DNA of 64,000 bases from Nostoc sp. DedSLP01 (lineage in GTDB: Bacteria > Cyanobacteriota > Cyanobacteriia > Cyanobacteriales > Nostocaceae), in the NCBI GenBank assembly GCA_034530875.2, contig JAVRCJ020000003.1, positions 288,001 through 352,000 of the forward strand. Reading direction: 5' to 3'. The position numbers and the translations under genes were made by a program. This document shows, in pieces, positions 61,088-64,000 of the stretch. The notes under the pieces are model-generated. The model saw only the letters and a program-made list of their open reading frames with translations, was not told the origin of the DNA and did no database searches. Numbering within the stretch: the first letter of the stretch is position 1; each line of letters opens with the position of its first letter.

Positions 61088-61103
61088 TATCCTGTTTTGG
61101 GAT
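61088..61103 (-). promoter_or_regulatory. Single operator upstream of MTase matching the controller operator
   Basis: tatcctgttttgggat vs tatccttttttgggat at 58744-58759 (15/16). Confidence 0.7.
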
Positions 61104-61187
61104 ATCTTAATAGTCATAGACGCTAAAGTTAATGAAAAATACGCTCAATAGGCAATATTTTTTATATAAGTACACGCTCGAAAAAAT

Positions 61188-62357
61188 TTAACGTTTAACT
61201 AAAGATAAATCTGGCGTCAGCCTTTCTAAAACTTGCTTCAATACCATCGCTGTCCAATCTATATCGGCTTCGGTAGTATCGCGCCCCAACGTGATGCGAA
61301 TTCCGCCCAAGGCAGCTTTTTCGGAATAACCCATTGCTAATAATATCGGACTTGGGCTGAGTTTTCCGCTATGACAAGCAGCACCAGCACTAATACCAAT
61401 GCCGGCAAGATTTAGCTGTCTTACTAAGGTTTTACCGCTAAGTTTTTCGCCATCAGCGTATTCTAAACACATACTCACATGATGAGGCAAGCGATCGCAG
61501 CTATCCCCTGTAGGAATTAAACCAGGAATTTCAGCTAATTGGGCAAAGGCGCGATCGCGTAACTGAATCAAGCGTGGTGCTTCTGTTGGCAATTCCTGTG
61601 CTGCTAATTCAGCGGCGACACCAAACCCAGCAATTATCGGTACTGCTTGCGTACCAGAACGCAATCCCATTTCTTGACCGCCGCCACCTAATAAAGGCAT
61701 CAATTCCACACCAGGACGGACATACAGCGCCCCTACTCCTTGGGGGCCATAGATTTTATGACTGGCAAGGCTAAGTAAGTCTACGGAAAGTTCTTGTACG
61801 TCTATTGCTACGCGTCCCGCAGCTTGCACTGCATCTGTATGGAACAAAGCACCATGCGATCGCGCAATTTTTGCTAATTCTGCAATTGGTTGTACAGTCC
61901 CAACTTCACTTTGACCGTAAATTATAGAAACTAAAACTGTATTATGCCGCAACGCCGCCTTTAAATCCAACGGGTTAACTCTGCCTTTATTATCTACATC
62001 TAAGCGCGTAACTTCCCAACCCCATATTTCTAACAACCGCGCTGTCTCAGAAATTGCAGAATGTTCGACGCTGGAGATAATTATATGTCGAGGGACAGTA
62101 TACAACCGAGCCACGCCCATAATTGCCAGATTATTTGCTTCAGTACCGCCGGAGGTAAAAACAATCGATTCTGGAGTCGCAGCGTTAATTAATTCAGCAA
62201 CTTGGACTCTGGCTTGTTCTACAACCGTTGCAGCCCGATTTCCCCATTCATGTAAGCTGGAAGGATTGCCCCATTGTTGAGTGAGGACTGTTTGCATAAC
62301 TGCGATCGCTTCTTTGCGAGTGGGACTAGTCGCGCTGTAATCTAGATAAATTTGCAT
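61188..62357 (-). CDS. iscS: Cysteine desulfurase (IscS/NifS family)
   Basis: YLDYSAT, GNPSS, HTDAVQ, SHKIYGP, SAGAAC. Confidence 0.93.
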   Translation of the reverse strand: MQIYLDYSATSPTRKEAIAVMQTVLTQQWGNPSSLHEWGNRAATVVEQARVQVAELINAATPESIVFTSGGTEANNLAIMGVARLYTVPRHIIISSVEHSAISETARLLEIWGWEVTRLDVDNKGRVNPLDLKAALRHNTVLVSIIYGQSEVGTVQPIAELAKIARSHGALFHTDAVQAAGRVAIDVQELSVDLLSLASHKIYGPQGVGALYVRPGVELMPLLGGGGQEMGLRSGTQAVPIIAGFGVAAELAAQELPTEAPRLIQLRDRAFAQLAEIPGLIPTGDSCDRLPHHVSMCLEYADGEKLSGKTLVRQLNLAGIGISAGAACHSGKLSPSPILLAMGYSEKAALGGIRITLGRDTTEADIDWTAMVLKQVLERLTPDLSLVKR

Positions 62358-62571
62358 ATAACAGATAATGGTGAGAACAAAGGCGGTTAATAGGCTGCTG
62401 ATTTTTTAGTACATACACTTTAAGCGGACAAATCTAACAAAATTGCTGTAATTATGCGTGTATGAGTAGGTTTTTCTTGCCTGGGAAAGCTATTTTTCTA
62501 GTTAATCTGAGAAACCAAAATTTTGGGAATGATAAATATGTCCACTCTCAATCCACTTTTAACAGATTACA

Positions 62572-63996
62572 GTGCAAATTTTATCTAGACAAAGGTTTTT
62601 TTTATATATCTTTTTACTGATTTTTCCCCTCGCTGGTTGTCAACGAGTCCAGTCATCCAATAAGCTTCTATCAGCTTTACCACAAGATCCTTTAGTTCAA
62701 GTTTACTTTAACCATTCTCAAGCTTCGGAATACAAAGAACCATACCGTCAGCAAACTCGCTTGGGGGATGACTTTGAAAAATTGATTGTTGATACTATTT
62801 CTCAAGCTAAATCCACTATAGATGTAGCGGTGCAAGAATTACGTTTACCGAAAGTAGCCCAAGCACTGGTTGATAGACAAAAAGCTGGGGTAAAAGTCAG
62901 GTTAATTTTAGAAAATACTTATAGCCGACCTTGGAGTAGTTTGACACCTCAAGAAGTAAGTAAGTTAGATAAAAGAGAAAAACAACGCTATCAAGAATCT
63001 CGTGAGTTTATCGATATTAACCACGATAATCAACTTACTCCCACAGAAATAAATCAAAGAGATGCTTTAATCATTTTACAAAATGCAAACATTCCCTGGC
63101 TAGACGATAAAGCAGATGGTTCAGCAGGTAGTAGTTTGATGCACCATAAGTTTCTAATTGTAGATAATCGCATTGTAATTATTACTTCGGCCAATTTTAC
63201 CTTGAGCGATACCTTTGGTGATTATACAAATCCTAGCAGTTTAGGTAATGCCAATAACTTATTGCAAATTGATAGTCCAGAATTAGCATCTTTATTTACA
63301 GAAGAGTTTAATATTATGTGGGGTGACGGGCCGGGAGGTAAACCCGATAGCCGATTTGGTCTACAAAAGCCACTGCGTTTGCCTAAACAAATTACATTAA
63401 ATAAAACTAAAATTACTATACATTTTTCACCTACATCTCCAACTCAACCTTGGACTAATACCAGTAATGGTTTAATTGGCAAAACTTTAGATTCAGCAAC
63501 ACAATCTATTGATTTAGCTTTATTTGTATTTTCTGAACAGCGTCTCGCTAATATTTTAGAAAATAGACATCAAGAAAATGTCCAAATTCGGGCTTTAATT
63601 GAACCACAATTCGCCTATCGTCCTTATAGTGAAGCATTAGATATGATGGGAGTTGCTCTCAGCAATAAATGTAAATATGAAGTTGATAACCATCCTTGGC
63701 AAAATCCAATTACGACTGTAGGCGTACCTATATTACCCCAAGGCGATTTATTACACCATAAGTTTTCCGTTATTGATAACAAAACAGTAATTACAGGTTC
63801 TCATAATTGGTCAGATGCAGCTAATAATGGTAATGACGAAACACTTTTAGTAATTGAAAGTCCAATAGTTGCTGCTCATTATGTACGAGAATTTTCTCGA
63901 CTTTATGCCAAAGTTAAACCTGGCTTACCACCCGCAATTCAACAAAAAATTAAAGCCCAGCAAACGCAATGTACTAAGGCAAAAACTTCATCATAG
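62572..63996 (+). CDS. Phospholipase D-family nuclease-like lipoprotein (cyanobacterial ComA-like N-terminal portion)
   Basis: Lipobox LAGC; two HKD motifs (HHKFLIVD, HHKFSVID). Confidence 0.85.
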   Translation: MQILSRQRFFLYIFLLIFPLAGCQRVQSSNKLLSALPQDPLVQVYFNHSQASEYKEPYRQQTRLGDDFEKLIVDTISQAKSTIDVAVQELRLPKVAQALVDRQKAGVKVRLILENTYSRPWSSLTPQEVSKLDKREKQRYQESREFIDINHDNQLTPTEINQRDALIILQNANIPWLDDKADGSAGSSLMHHKFLIVDNRIVIITSANFTLSDTFGDYTNPSSLGNANNLLQIDSPELASLFTEEFNIMWGDGPGGKPDSRFGLQKPLRLPKQITLNKTKITIHFSPTSPTQPWTNTSNGLIGKTLDSATQSIDLALFVFSEQRLANILENRHQENVQIRALIEPQFAYRPYSEALDMMGVALSNKCKYEVDNHPWQNPITTVGVPILPQGDLLHHKFSVIDNKTVITGSHNWSDAANNGNDETLLVIESPIVAAHYVREFSRLYAKVKPGLPPAIQQKIKAQQTQCTKAKTSS

Positions 63997-64000
63997 AGTG

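Overview
Chromosomal 64 kb window from a filamentous, probably heterocyst-forming (Nostocales-like) cyanobacterium. The assignment rests on frequent HIP1 octamers (GCGATCGC), intergenic short tandem repeats (STRR), small dispersed repeats, XisH/XisI, DUF29, Uma2 and PEP-CTERM genes. Most of the window is housekeeping or typical accessory content: dapF-like, slt, ubiH-like, yebC, infC, PSRP-3, map, mltA, pxcA, msrA, cysteine desulfurase, kinases and a pentapeptide-repeat protein. The most notable block is a ~10.5 kb co-oriented nine-gene cluster (25254-35763) resembling a cyanobacterial type IV secretion/mating-pair-formation system (VirB2-B3-B4-B5-B6-B8-B8-B10-B9-like order). No relaxase, coupling protein, VirB11 or integrase is visible in the window, and the cluster looks domesticated. 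It is divergent from an orphan PstS-like gene lacking a lipobox. Other notable items: a DapF homologue with both catalytic Cys replaced by Ser; a controller-REase-MTase cassette with a matching operator upstream of both C and M; two degenerate flotillin gene fragments; a probable WD40 pseudokinase; an xisH pseudogene; a small membrane ORF missed by the ORF track; nested small mobile repeats and MITE-like elements. No rRNA, tRNA or CRISPR array was recognised. All family assignments come from motif recognition by eye, not database searches.
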